Virus record (IMG/VR): IMGVR_UViG_3300037601_000123
Coordinates: 1-41,713 of that record
From: a virus
Lineage: Duplodnaviria > Caudoviricetes
Direction: 5' to 3' (one strand)
DNA: 41,713 bases
Of the stretch, positions 15,500 to 24,620 are shown one piece after another (position 1 is the first letter of the stretch; the number at the start of each line of letters is the position of its first letter). The position numbers and the translations under genes are program-made. The notes below the pieces were generated by a model. It was not told where the DNA came from, did not search any database, and saw only the letters and a program-made list of their open reading frames with translations.

Positions 15500-16341
15500 T
15501 GCACCTCGATCCCGATACGATCTACGTCAACCACTTCGGGACGGCGCGGATCGGGTCGATCTGTGATGCCGACCTTCGGCTCAAGGCGGAGGCTGAGGGC
15601 ATCACGCACCTGAAAGCGCAGGCCATGCCCCCTGCCGATTGCGGGTCGGACATCATCGCTGCGCCGGGCCGGGGGCCGATGATGCGGTTCCGGCCGCGCC
15701 GGGTAGAAATGACGCCATCGGGTCCACGATCCCGTCATGACGGTTATCAAATGAGATCCGGCGCGCGGATTGCCGATGCCTTCGATCTGATGACGCTCAA
15801 CTGTCACCGGGCGTATGAGCGTCAATGCGCCATTGCCCGCTCCCAGGGGAAGGCGATCCCCGCGTACCGGGCCCCCTTCACCGTTGGACAGGTTGAAATC
15901 GGGCGGGAGTATGCGGCGCTGGCTGAACGGTGCTCTGCGGCCGGGGTTAAGTGCGCGTCGCTGGAGGCGTTGCGTCAGGCGTCATCGGGTGGCGGTGATC
16001 GCGAGGAAGCCATCCTCGCGGATTTCCAGCGTCTGCGCTATTTCGAGCGGCGGATCGGCGACGGGTTGGCAAAAGCGGTTCGCCGAATCAGACCGGGCCG
16101 TCCGACCACGAAAGAGGAGGCCGCGGCGAAGCGGGTCACCGTCTCCCGGCAGCGGCGGGCGATCTTTGACCAAGCGCTGGTCGATGGTGTGTGCATCGGC
16201 GGCATGAGCCTGACGGATGTGCTGAAAGCCTATGGATGGGGCGTGGATCAAAAGGCAAGGGAGGCACTTCGGCAATCGTTGTGCGCGGCTTTGGATCGGA
16301 TGCAGGGCTTCAAGATGGTTGGGGCGCAAGATGGGTCTTGA
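15496..16341 (+). CDS. DUF6456/GafA-C-like late transcription regulator (Q position)
   Basis: FT.GQVEIGREYAAL.E...LVDGVCIGGMSLTDVLKAYGW...LRQSLCAALDRM; last gene before late promoter. Confidence 0.6.
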   Translation: MMHLDPDTIYVNHFGTARIGSICDADLRLKAEAEGITHLKAQAMPPADCGSDIIAAPGRGPMMRFRPRRVEMTPSGPRSRHDGYQMRSGARIADAFDLMTLNCHRAYERQCAIARSQGKAIPAYRAPFTVGQVEIGREYAALAERCSAAGVKCASLEALRQASSGGGDREEAILADFQRLRYFERRIGDGLAKAVRRIRPGRPTTKEEAAAKRVTVSRQRRAIFDQALVDGVCIGGMSLTDVLKAYGWGVDQKAREALRQSLCAALDRMQGFKMVGAQDGS

Positions 16342-16420
16342 CGCTTAGCCTCACCGGATCGTATGGCTATGGCATCATCACAGAGTGCGCCCGGAGCGGA
16401 GATCCCGCTGCCGGGCGTTT
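16338..16420 (+). promoter_or_regulatory. Putative late promoter followed by terminator-like hairpin
   Basis: TTGACG-N18-TATGGC; GCGCCCGG.AGCGG...CCGCT.CCGGGCGT-TT hairpin about 16387-16420. Confidence 0.5.
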
Positions 16421-16423
16421 CCA

Positions 16424-16499
16424 TGTCCGGGTAGAGCAGGGGTAGCTCGCGAGGCCCATAACCTCGAGGTCGGCGGTTCAAAACCGTCCCCGGCAACCA
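16424..16499 (+). tRNA. Degenerate initiator-like tRNA-Met (CAT), possibly a pseudo-tRNA
   Basis: GAGC/GCTC D-stem, CGAGG-CCCATAA-CCTCG, GGCGG-TTCAAAA-CCGTC, ACCA end; imperfect acceptor stem, C33. Confidence 0.75.
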
Positions 16500-16598
16500 A
16501 TCACAGATCGGCCGCAGTGGCAGACATCCCCCCAAGATGGCTGCGGCAGATGCATGTCTGGGGTCGGAGTGGCAGCTTCCGGCCCCAGGCGACATCGC

Positions 16599-16712
16599 GG
16601 GTCCTTCCGTGGGCCAACCGTATACGGTGCGGCTTAGCGCGCGGGTTTGACGCGGCTAAACAAGTTGAAAAGCCTAAACGAAACAGGGGCTAAACCAAGT
16701 GTTAGCCTAAAC
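16599..16712 (+). other. Predicted cos site (cosQ-cosN-cosB-like)
   Basis: GGGTCCT at 16599-16605; TACG-GTGCGGCTTAGCG-CGCGGGTTT at 16623-16648; four G(G/C)CTAAAC repeats. Confidence 0.65.
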
Positions 16713-16722
16713 GGGAGTGTTC

Positions 16723-17319
16723 ATGTCGATGCTGACAGCGACGGAGCTGGCAGGCCGACTTTCCTTGTCGAAAGGACGGATCAGTCAGCTGGTGAGCGAC
16801 GGACGGCTCGACGGGTGCTACGAGGGCGAGGGCCGCCAACGCCGCTTCGACCTCGAAAAATGTAAGGCCGCACTGAGCGGTCGTCTCGACCCGGGGCAGA
16901 TGCTGGGCAACGGGGCAAAAACCAAGGAGAAGCTGCGGGACGATCCGCCCTCTGAAAAGCGGGGCGATCTGCTGGAGCCGCGCGATCCTGATCGATATGA
17001 GCTGGCCCGCACGCTCAAGGTCGAAGAGGAAGCTCGCCGCGCGCGGCGCCTGAATTCTGAAGCTGAAGGTACACTGGTCCATGCTGACGCGGTGGCGATG
17101 GAGGTTACACGTCAGATCGGTCAGGAAATCGCGCAGTTCGAGGCAGTAATGCGGGATGCAGCCAGGGCTGTCGCTGATCGGATGGGCGTTGATTACAGAA
17201 CGGTCCGCCAGATCCTGATCGAAACATGGCGCTCACATCGATCGGAAAGGGCAGACAAGCTCGAAGAGAAGGCCGCCACCGCCGCCTTGTCTGACGCCGA
17301 GAAAGCGGCCGATTTCTGA
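16723..17319 (+). CDS. Terminase small subunit
   Basis: N-terminal wHTH (TATELAGRLSLSKGRISQLV..GRL), coiled coil, directly upstream of TerL. Confidence 0.8.
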   Translation: MSMLTATELAGRLSLSKGRISQLVSDGRLDGCYEGEGRQRRFDLEKCKAALSGRLDPGQMLGNGAKTKEKLRDDPPSEKRGDLLEPRDPDRYELARTLKVEEEARRARRLNSEAEGTLVHADAVAMEVTRQIGQEIAQFEAVMRDAARAVADRMGVDYRTVRQILIETWRSHRSERADKLEEKAATAALSDAEKAADF

Positions 17320-17320
17320 C

Positions 17321-19312
17321 ATGGGCTTTCTGGTTTCGGCAGAGCGTACCGTAGCAATGGCGCTCGCCAAGGGGATGCGGCCGCCCCCGCCGCCGGACAT
17401 CTCGCGATGGTGCGAGGAAAATATCGTTTTTGATGAGCGGTCGCCGATGCCGGGGCCGTATCGAAGCGATCGGTTTCCGTTCTTGCGCGAAATCCACGAT
17501 TGTTTGTCGCCCGAGCATCCGGCCCGCGAGGTCACGATCATGGGATCGGCGCAGTGGGGCAAGACTGTGTCGATCATCAACCCGGTGATCGGCGCATGGC
17601 ACGCTTACGGTCCGGTTGACAGTCTGGTCGTTCATCCGACGACCAGCTCTGCCACTGAATGGGCGGACAACAAGTGGCTACCGATGCGCCGTCAGGCGCC
17701 AAGCTTGCTTGCCGTGTTCGGTGACGGTCGGGGTGGCGACAACAAGGACGCGAAGTTCAACCAGGAGACCCTGGCGCGGAACGGATCGCTCAAGATCGCC
17801 AGTGCCGGGTCTCCTGATGACCTCGCTGGAACGACGCGGCGGCTGGTTGTGTTGGACGACCTGGCAAAATTCGAGATGACTGCAAAAGGCGATCCGGAGG
17901 CGCTTGCGGAAAGTCGAGCGTCTGGGTTCGAGGACGCAAAGATCGTCAAGGTATCGACACCGCAGGTGAAGGGTACTTGTCGGATCAGCCGGTCGTTCGA
18001 GCGAAGCGACAAGCGGTTCTACTTCGTGCCATGCCCGCATTGTGGTCATGAAGCGCCTTTCACATGGGAGAATTTTCGGAAGAACCTCGACCCGGAACGT
18101 CTGCATGCGGCCGGGTTCACTTGCGACAGTTGTGGATGCGCCATCTCGCACGCCGACAAGGTCGAAATGGTCGCTAAGGGTAGGTGGGTCGCCACCAACC
18201 CGAATGGCGATCATCCTGGCTTTCACCTCTGGCGGGCTTATGTGCCACAGCGGGATTGGGCGTCGATCGCAATCGACTATGCCCGTGTCGCAGGATGGCT
18301 GACAGCCCGCGCGAACGGGCAGACCGACGTCAGCCTGGCGGAAAAGATCGAGGCCGAGACCGAGCAGACATTTTTCAACGATGTGCTCGGTCTTCCATAC
18401 GAACAGGCCAGCAAGGGGCCCGACTGGGAGGCGCTGCGCGATCGGGTCGAGAACGCGCCGGAGGACGAAGGACGCCCGAGAGCGATTGTTCCCGCCCGGG
18501 GTGTGATCTTGACGGCCGGCGTCGATTGCCAACAGGACCGCACGGAGGTTCACGTAGTAGCTTTCGGCGAACAATATCGCCGGTGGACAATCGACTACAT
18601 CGTCATCCCGCATCACATCGGGGACGAAGCAGGGCGTGAGGCGCTCGATGCACTGCTCAAGACGACGTGGCGCACGGAGCGGGGCCTACGTCTGGCGCTT
18701 GACATGATGGCCATCGATGGCGGGACATATACCGAGGATGTCTGGAGTTTTGCCAAGCGCTGGCCCTGGTCCCGCGTCATCATCGTGAAGGGCGCCAGCA
18801 CGCAGACCGGTCCCGTGATGGTGCCGCAAAAATTCGAACGCCGACCAGACGGTCAAGCCAAGCGCAAGCAGAAACGCGCCTTCATGTTGAACGTCAGCCA
18901 GATGAAGGCCGACTTCTATGCCTGGCTCGACAAAGAAGACCCGGTCGAGCGTGGCTATTGCCACTTTCCGAGAGGTATGGGCGACGAGTTCTATCGCCAG
19001 ATCACCTCCGAGGTCCGGGTTCTGAAGCGAAACCGGGCGGGAGTCGTCACGAGCTCCTGGGAGTTGGCGGAGCCGACCCGTCGAAACGAGGGTCTGGACA
19101 CGATGAACTACGCGGAAGCTGCCGCCCGCCGAAAGGGCTGGACGGCGATGACTGCGGAGCAATGGGCGGCCCTCGACATCGAGCGCGGAGCCGAACCCGA
19201 TGAGCCGCAAGGCGATCTTTTCGATGCCGAGGTGCCCGTCGCGGCGCCGGAGTCGGCAACGGCACCGCAACCTGTCGGCCGTCGACGCGGCCGCCGCGGG
19301 CAAGTGAGGTAA
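17321..19312 (+). CDS. Terminase large subunit, lambda GpA family
   Basis: Walker A SAQWGKT, Walker B VVLDD, VSTP, VPCPHCG, AGVDCQQDR, RNEGLD. Confidence 0.95.
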   Translation: MGFLVSAERTVAMALAKGMRPPPPPDISRWCEENIVFDERSPMPGPYRSDRFPFLREIHDCLSPEHPAREVTIMGSAQWGKTVSIINPVIGAWHAYGPVDSLVVHPTTSSATEWADNKWLPMRRQAPSLLAVFGDGRGGDNKDAKFNQETLARNGSLKIASAGSPDDLAGTTRRLVVLDDLAKFEMTAKGDPEALAESRASGFEDAKIVKVSTPQVKGTCRISRSFERSDKRFYFVPCPHCGHEAPFTWENFRKNLDPERLHAAGFTCDSCGCAISHADKVEMVAKGRWVATNPNGDHPGFHLWRAYVPQRDWASIAIDYARVAGWLTARANGQTDVSLAEKIEAETEQTFFNDVLGLPYEQASKGPDWEALRDRVENAPEDEGRPRAIVPARGVILTAGVDCQQDRTEVHVVAFGEQYRRWTIDYIVIPHHIGDEAGREALDALLKTTWRTERGLRLALDMMAIDGGTYTEDVWSFAKRWPWSRVIIVKGASTQTGPVMVPQKFERRPDGQAKRKQKRAFMLNVSQMKADFYAWLDKEDPVERGYCHFPRGMGDEFYRQITSEVRVLKRNRAGVVTSSWELAEPTRRNEGLDTMNYAEAAARRKGWTAMTAEQWAALDIERGAEPDEPQGDLFDAEVPVAAPESATAPQPVGRRRGRRGQVR

Positions 19313-19318
19313 GACACC

Positions 19319-19528
19319 ATGTCGATCGACTACCAGTCGCGCCTGACCAAGGTTCAGGCGGCAATCAACGCTATCCTGGACGGCGGGGTGCAGAGCTACA
19401 CGCTCGACGGCCGCAGCCTGACGAAACTGGACCTGGGCTGGCTGACACGCGAGGAATCCCGGCTCGAAGCGAAGATCGCGCGTGCCTCGCGGCGACGCGG
19501 CGCCTTCCGGCGGGTGGACCCGCTGTGA
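19319..19528 (+). CDS. gpW-like head completion protein
   Basis: AINAILDGGVQSYTLDGRSLTKLDL..L, between TerL and portal. Confidence 0.8.
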   Translation: MSIDYQSRLTKVQAAINAILDGGVQSYTLDGRSLTKLDLGWLTREESRLEAKIARASRRRGAFRRVDPL

Positions 19529-21117
19529 GCGGCATGAAGTTCCGCCTCAACGGCCTGGATCGCATCGTCGGGTATTTCGCACCGGCCCAAGCTCTGCGTC
19601 GCGGATTCGCGCGGGGCATGATGGCGCGTGTCGAGGGGCGGGGGTATTCCGGTGCGGGCCGCACCAAGGGGAGCGTCAGCCAGTGGTCTGCTCTGGGCGG
19701 GAGTGCCGATGCTGACACGCTGATGGACTTGGAAGCCTTGCGCGCCCGGTCCCGCGACCTCGTGCGGAACGATCCTCTGGCCCAGAGCGGAATTTCGACC
19801 AAGGTGGTCAATGTCATCGGGCCCGGCCATGTCGTGCGACCCGAGATCAACCAGGATCGTCTCGGCCTGACTGAGGCAGAGGCGGAAGCGTGGGAGGCCC
19901 GCGCCCTCGATATCTGGCTGGAATGGTCGCGGAGTGCTGACTGCGACGTCACTCGGACGCAGACTTTTGCAGGGCTTGAGGACCTGGCCTACCGGTCGCG
20001 GCTTCTGTCAGGCGACGTGTTCATGATCCGCCGGTTCAAGGAACGTGAGGGGAGACTGCTCGCCACCTGTTACCAGGCCGTCGAAGCGGACAGGGTCTCG
20101 AACCCCAACTGGAAGGCGGACAGTTCAACGCTTGCCGGAGGCGTGGAACTGGACGCAGACGGAGCTCCGCTCGCATACCACGTTGCGAACCGGCATATCA
20201 TCGATCGCACGATGGCCGGGACGACGGAGTGGCGGAGAGTCCCGGCTTTCGACAGTACAGGTCGGCGACTGGTCCTGCATATTCACGGGACACGCTGGCG
20301 TCCCGATATGACCCGATACGCCCCCATGCTGGCGCCGGTCATCGAGTCCCTGAAGCAGCGATCGCGCTATTCCGAGGCAGAGCTGATGGCCGCCGTGGTC
20401 AGTGCCTGTTTCGCCATCGGCATGAGGTCGGATGACGGGGATCTGGGGGCCGGTCTGGCAAATGGGTCGGCACAGCCTTCCGACAGCTCTGGGTCGGGTA
20501 ACCCGATCGAGATCACCGAACCGGGACAGGTGTTCGACCTTATGCCGGGAGAAGAAGTTTCCAGCTTCTCTCCGGGCCGTCCGAACCCGGACTTCGGTCC
20601 GTTTATCGAGGCTGTGGCTGTCGAAGTTGGGGCAGGGACCGATCTGCCCTACGAATTGCTGCTGAAGAAGTTCCAGGCCAGCTATTCCGCCTCGCGGGCG
20701 GCGATGGAAATGGCGTGGCAGTTCTTCCGGGCGGACCGGGCGCTGCACGTCTCACAGTTCTGCCGGCCCGTCTACGAGGACGTCATCACCGAAGCGGTTG
20801 CACGGGGCCTTCTCGGCGCGCCGGGGTTCTTTACTGACCCGCTGCGCCGTCAAGCCTGGCTCGGGGCGGAGTGGATGGGCCCGGCCCGACCAACGATCGA
20901 TCCGGTCAAGGATGCCACGGCCGATGAGAAATATCTCGGCATGGGGGTGACCTCGCGCACCCGTATCGCAGCCGAACGGTTCGGCCAGGACCAACGCCAG
21001 ATCGCACGGCGTCGTGCGCGCGATGGAAGTGACGAGGTAACGGCCGGCTCGATCGAGGCCAGCGACCCCGCTGGAGAGGCGGAAGACAAGAACGACAGTG
21101 ACAAGGAGACCAGCTGA
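19525..21117 (+). CDS. Portal protein, lambda family
   Basis: LRARSRDLVRND, GVELDADG.P.AYH, SYSASRAA, IDPVKD. Confidence 0.93.
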   Translation: MSGMKFRLNGLDRIVGYFAPAQALRRGFARGMMARVEGRGYSGAGRTKGSVSQWSALGGSADADTLMDLEALRARSRDLVRNDPLAQSGISTKVVNVIGPGHVVRPEINQDRLGLTEAEAEAWEARALDIWLEWSRSADCDVTRTQTFAGLEDLAYRSRLLSGDVFMIRRFKEREGRLLATCYQAVEADRVSNPNWKADSSTLAGGVELDADGAPLAYHVANRHIIDRTMAGTTEWRRVPAFDSTGRRLVLHIHGTRWRPDMTRYAPMLAPVIESLKQRSRYSEAELMAAVVSACFAIGMRSDDGDLGAGLANGSAQPSDSSGSGNPIEITEPGQVFDLMPGEEVSSFSPGRPNPDFGPFIEAVAVEVGAGTDLPYELLLKKFQASYSASRAAMEMAWQFFRADRALHVSQFCRPVYEDVITEAVARGLLGAPGFFTDPLRRQAWLGAEWMGPARPTIDPVKDATADEKYLGMGVTSRTRIAAERFGQDQRQIARRRARDGSDEVTAGSIEASDPAGEAEDKNDSDKETS

Positions 21118-22706
21118 TGACGCAGGCTGACACGATGCAGATCGCGCAGCGCGCGTTCAACACCCCCTTGATGCTCGACCCGGCCAAGGCCGCGGTCATC
21201 GCACGTCACCTTGGGCCTCGATTCCTGCACTCCGGTGGCCCGGTGGAGGTGGTCGGATTCGAAGGCCGGACATCGGAGGCCCATGTGGCGCCTCGGGCGG
21301 CGTCGCTTCTGGGCGACGAGGTCCACCAGCACGTCCGACGTAGGCAGAGCTATTCGGTGGTGCGCGGGGTCGCGGTCATTCCGATCGTCGGGACGCTGAT
21401 CCGGAGGGGGTCGTTCACGGGCCAGAGCTCGGGCACCACGTCCTACGAAGGGATCAGCGCACAGCTCCGCGCGGCGGCAGAGGACGATGCGGTCCGAGTG
21501 ATTGCCCTTGAGATCGACAGTTTCGGCGGCGAGGCGGCGGGTATCTTCGACCTTGGCGAGACGATCCGCCAGGTGCGCGAGGTCAAGCCCGTTCGCGCCT
21601 TCATCGCTGACTATGCCCTGTCGGCGGGGTACGCGATCGCCAGCCAGGCAGATCACATCACGATCCCGCCCTTTGGCGAGGCAGGATCGATCGGCGTCGT
21701 GCTGATGCATGTCGACTATGAGCAGTACTTGGAGCAGGAGGGGATCAAGGTATCCCTGATCCATTCCGGAGCGCACAAGGTCGAAGGTAACCCCTTCGAA
21801 GCGCTGCCGGAGGCTGTCCGGGACCGCCTGCAGGCGGAAGGCGACGCCATTTGGCAGAGCTTTGCCGAAATGGTTTCGGTCGGGCGCCGCGGGATGATTT
21901 CAACGCAGGCCGCGCTCGACACCGAGGCGCGTACATTCCGGGGAGACCAGGCGGTTGCCGCCGGTCTGGCAGATGAGGTTGCCGAGGCCCGCGTGGCCTT
22001 TGCGGCCCTGCTCGACGAGGTCTCCCCTCAGATCCAACCGGTGGGCGCCCGGGCGGCGCAGGCGCCCAAGCTGGCAATACGTGGCCCGAGTGGAACGGTG
22101 CCCAAAACAGTTTCTACGGAATCGACTTCACCATGTGCGGGGTTGGCGGCCCGCATGGACACCCCCGCGGAACCCGCCTCCGCAGCAAAGGAGACCCCCA
22201 TGGATTGGGAATCCCTGACCACGGCCCAGCTGCGCGAGCACCGGGCTGATCTCGTCTCGGAGATCGAGACGGAAGCCACCTCGGCCGCCACGGCCGAAAA
22301 GGACAAGGCGGTGAAGGCCGCTGTAACCGAAGAGCGGGCGCGGATCGCCGCGATCGACGAAATTGCGATGGAGGCCCATGCCGATCTCGTCGCCGCAGCC
22401 AAAGCCGACGGCCGCTCGGCCGAGCAGCTGGCCCTCGACATAGTCAAGGCCGACAAGGCGGCTGGCGGCAATCACCTCAAAATCCTGCGCAGCGCCGACG
22501 CCGCGGCGGGTGTCCCGGCCGCGCCGTCTTCGGAGCCGGTCGTGTCCGGCAAGCACGAAGGCGGCACGCCGGAAGAACAGGCCGAGGCGGCATGGGACAG
22601 CGATGCCAATCTTCGCGCCGAATTCAAAGGTAAAAAAGAGGATTACCTCGCCTACGCGAAGGCAGAATCCGCCGGACGTGCGCGCACCCTGCGCCGCGCG
22701 TCGTAA
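21117..22706 (+). CDS. S49 head maturation protease with C-terminal scaffold
   Basis: IDSFGGE, ALSAGY.IASQAD, GSIGV, GAHK; Ala-rich helical C-terminal part with possible internal start near 22200. Confidence 0.9.
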   Translation: MTQADTMQIAQRAFNTPLMLDPAKAAVIARHLGPRFLHSGGPVEVVGFEGRTSEAHVAPRAASLLGDEVHQHVRRRQSYSVVRGVAVIPIVGTLIRRGSFTGQSSGTTSYEGISAQLRAAAEDDAVRVIALEIDSFGGEAAGIFDLGETIRQVREVKPVRAFIADYALSAGYAIASQADHITIPPFGEAGSIGVVLMHVDYEQYLEQEGIKVSLIHSGAHKVEGNPFEALPEAVRDRLQAEGDAIWQSFAEMVSVGRRGMISTQAALDTEARTFRGDQAVAAGLADEVAEARVAFAALLDEVSPQIQPVGARAAQAPKLAIRGPSGTVPKTVSTESTSPCAGLAARMDTPAEPASAAKETPMDWESLTTAQLREHRADLVSEIETEATSAATAEKDKAVKAAVTEERARIAAIDEIAMEAHADLVAAAKADGRSAEQLALDIVKADKAAGGNHLKILRSADAAAGVPAAPSSEPVVSGKHEGGTPEEQAEAAWDSDANLRAEFKGKKEDYLAYAKAESAGRARTLRRAS

Positions 22707-22732
22707 TCCAGTCCTGATCAGGAGACAGAGAC

Positions 22733-23176
22733 ATGACTACCCTCGCTGCGGATAGCCCCCGCGACTACCAGCTCGGCGATCTGGGGGACTTCCCCGTAAT
22801 CGCCGCGGATATCATCTACGAAGGCGCCGCTGTCGGCGAGAACGGCTCCGGCTATTCCCGCCCGCTTCAGGCCGGTGACGCCTTCCAGGGTTTCTGCCTT
22901 GAAACGGCAGACAACTCCGCTGGCTCGGCCGGTGACATCAACGTGCATGTCCGCCGCCGTGGCCGGATCGTGTTGCCGATCGCCGCGATCGCCATCACGG
23001 CCAACGATCATCCGCCGGTCTACGCATCGGACGATGACACGTTCACCCTCACCCGCGGATCGAATTCGTTCATCGGCGTGGTGAGTCACTGGGTGTCGAC
23101 CGGCGAAGCCGTGGTCGCATTCGATGCGGACATGGCCGCGGTGCATGAAAGCGCCGTCGCCCTTGGCACCGCATAA
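22733..23176 (+). CDS. Head decoration/cement protein
   Basis: FPVIAADIIYEGAAV...VYASDDDTFTLT...FIG; position before major capsid. Confidence 0.7.
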   Translation: MTTLAADSPRDYQLGDLGDFPVIAADIIYEGAAVGENGSGYSRPLQAGDAFQGFCLETADNSAGSAGDINVHVRRRGRIVLPIAAIAITANDHPPVYASDDDTFTLTRGSNSFIGVVSHWVSTGEAVVAFDADMAAVHESAVALGTA

Positions 23177-23188
23177 GGAGGCAGGGAT

Positions 23189-24139
23189 ATGACTGCGAAC
23201 AAGGGACTTTCTTCGCGCGCCATCATCGGGAGCTTTTTCCAGCGGCTCGAAGTGGCGACTGATGCCAGCTGGGTCGGCGCGCTGTCGATGTACTTCACGT
23301 CCGACCAGGAGGCGGAAGAGTACAAATGGCTCGGAATGGCACCGGTCATGCGCGAATGGGTCGGTGGCCGGAATGCCAAGGGTTTCCGCGAGAACGGCAT
23401 CGTCATCCGGAACAAGAAGTTCGAAGCGACGATGGAAGTGCCGGTCGACTGGATGCGGCGTGACAAGACCGGCCAGATCGACATCCGTATCGACGAGATG
23501 GTGCAGCGGACTGTGACACACTGGCAGAGCCTGCTGTCGGCAAACATCGCGGCAGCTGAATCGACTGTCTGCTACGATGGCCAGTATTTCTTCGACACGG
23601 ACCACGCCGAAGGAAAAAGCGGGACTCAATCGAACGACATCACGGTCGATATCTCCGCTGTTCCGGCCAGCATCCACGGCACGGCCACGATGCCCTCGGC
23701 CGAGGAGCTCCGCGCCATGATCCTCAAGGGTGTCGAGACGATGCTCGGGTTCAAGGACGATGAGGGTGAACCGATGAACGAGATGCACCGGGAGTTCCTG
23801 GTGCAGGTGCCGACCCACTGGTTCAGCAATGCGGCGGCCGCGATCAACAACCCGGTGGTCGGCGGCGGAGATACCAACGTGATGACCAATCTCGATGGCT
23901 ACACGTTCCGCCTGGCCGTGAATCCGCGCCTGACCTGGACCGACAAGCTCGCCGTGTTTGCGACCGACGGGTCCGTCAAACCCTTCATCCGGCAGGAGGA
24001 GGAAGGCGTGACAGTGTCGGCCGTCGCTGAAGGCTCGGAACTGGAATTCGACGAGGACCTCCACCGCTACGGCGTCAAAGCCTTGCGCAACACCGGTTAT
24101 GGCTACTGGCAGAAAGCCTGTCTGATCCAGGCCGTCTGA
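23189..24139 (+). CDS. Major capsid protein, Mu gpT-like
   Basis: YKWLG..P.MREWVG.R...NKKFEAT...CYDGQYFFDTDH...YGV..RN.GYGYWQ. Confidence 0.9.
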   Translation: MTANKGLSSRAIIGSFFQRLEVATDASWVGALSMYFTSDQEAEEYKWLGMAPVMREWVGGRNAKGFRENGIVIRNKKFEATMEVPVDWMRRDKTGQIDIRIDEMVQRTVTHWQSLLSANIAAAESTVCYDGQYFFDTDHAEGKSGTQSNDITVDISAVPASIHGTATMPSAEELRAMILKGVETMLGFKDDEGEPMNEMHREFLVQVPTHWFSNAAAAINNPVVGGGDTNVMTNLDGYTFRLAVNPRLTWTDKLAVFATDGSVKPFIRQEEEGVTVSAVAEGSELEFDEDLHRYGVKALRNTGYGYWQKACLIQAV

Positions 24140-24161
24140 TCCCGGATCAGTCGCTTCATTC

Positions 24162-24184
24162 GGGCGCCCCTCACAGGGGCGCCC
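24162..24184 (+). other. Hairpin after capsid gene (mRNA stabiliser or attenuator)
   Basis: GGGCGCCCCT-CAC-AGGGGCGCCC, no U-tract. Confidence 0.55.
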
Positions 24185-24218
24185 TCGTCGAGCGACCGAC
24201 TCTTGAAAGGAGTTTATC

Positions 24219-24620
24219 ATGATCGAAGTCACTGCAATTCCCGTCGAAGGTGCGTGGGTCCGGGGTCCGTGCAAAGTGCGGATCACGAAAGAACAGCATG
24301 CCCGCCGCATCAGTGTGCTGGGGCCGAAGTATCCGCGAGGCGGTGTCTTCAAGCTCGACGGCGGACAGGCGATCAACTTCAAGCGGGGGGAAACCTTCCA
24401 GATGGATGCGCCGAAGCGGCTCAACAAGGCCATCTTCGCCTTCGACGACCCGGATGAGCCGGATCCGAAAGCGGGCGGCGCGTCCGGGGATGACACGCTT
24501 GTCGACAGTTCCGGTGACGACACTTTCGATGACGCGTCCGGCGACGATACCGTGACCGGCGGATCGGGTGATGATACCGTGGCCGAGGGATCGGGCGACG
24601 ATACGGTCGCCGCATCGTGA
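24219..24620 (+). CDS. Head-region protein with five RTX-like SGDDT nonapeptide repeats
   Basis: GASGDDTLV DSSGDDTFD DASGDDTVT GGSGDDTVA EGSGDDTVA; AAGGAG RBS. Confidence 0.75.
   Translation: MIEVTAIPVEGAWVRGPCKVRITKEQHARRISVLGPKYPRGGVFKLDGGQAINFKRGETFQMDAPKRLNKAIFAFDDPDEPDPKAGGASGDDTLVDSSGDDTFDDASGDDTVTGGSGDDTVAEGSGDDTVAAS

Noticed and set aside
16650-16712. CtrA boxes upstream of terminase
   Set aside because: Repeats are G(G/C)CTAAAC, not TTAA-N7-TTAA; better explained as cosB-like sites
22718-24523. 601-aa minus-strand ORF
   Set aside because: Antisense to capsid and neighbouring genes; expected in GC-rich DNA
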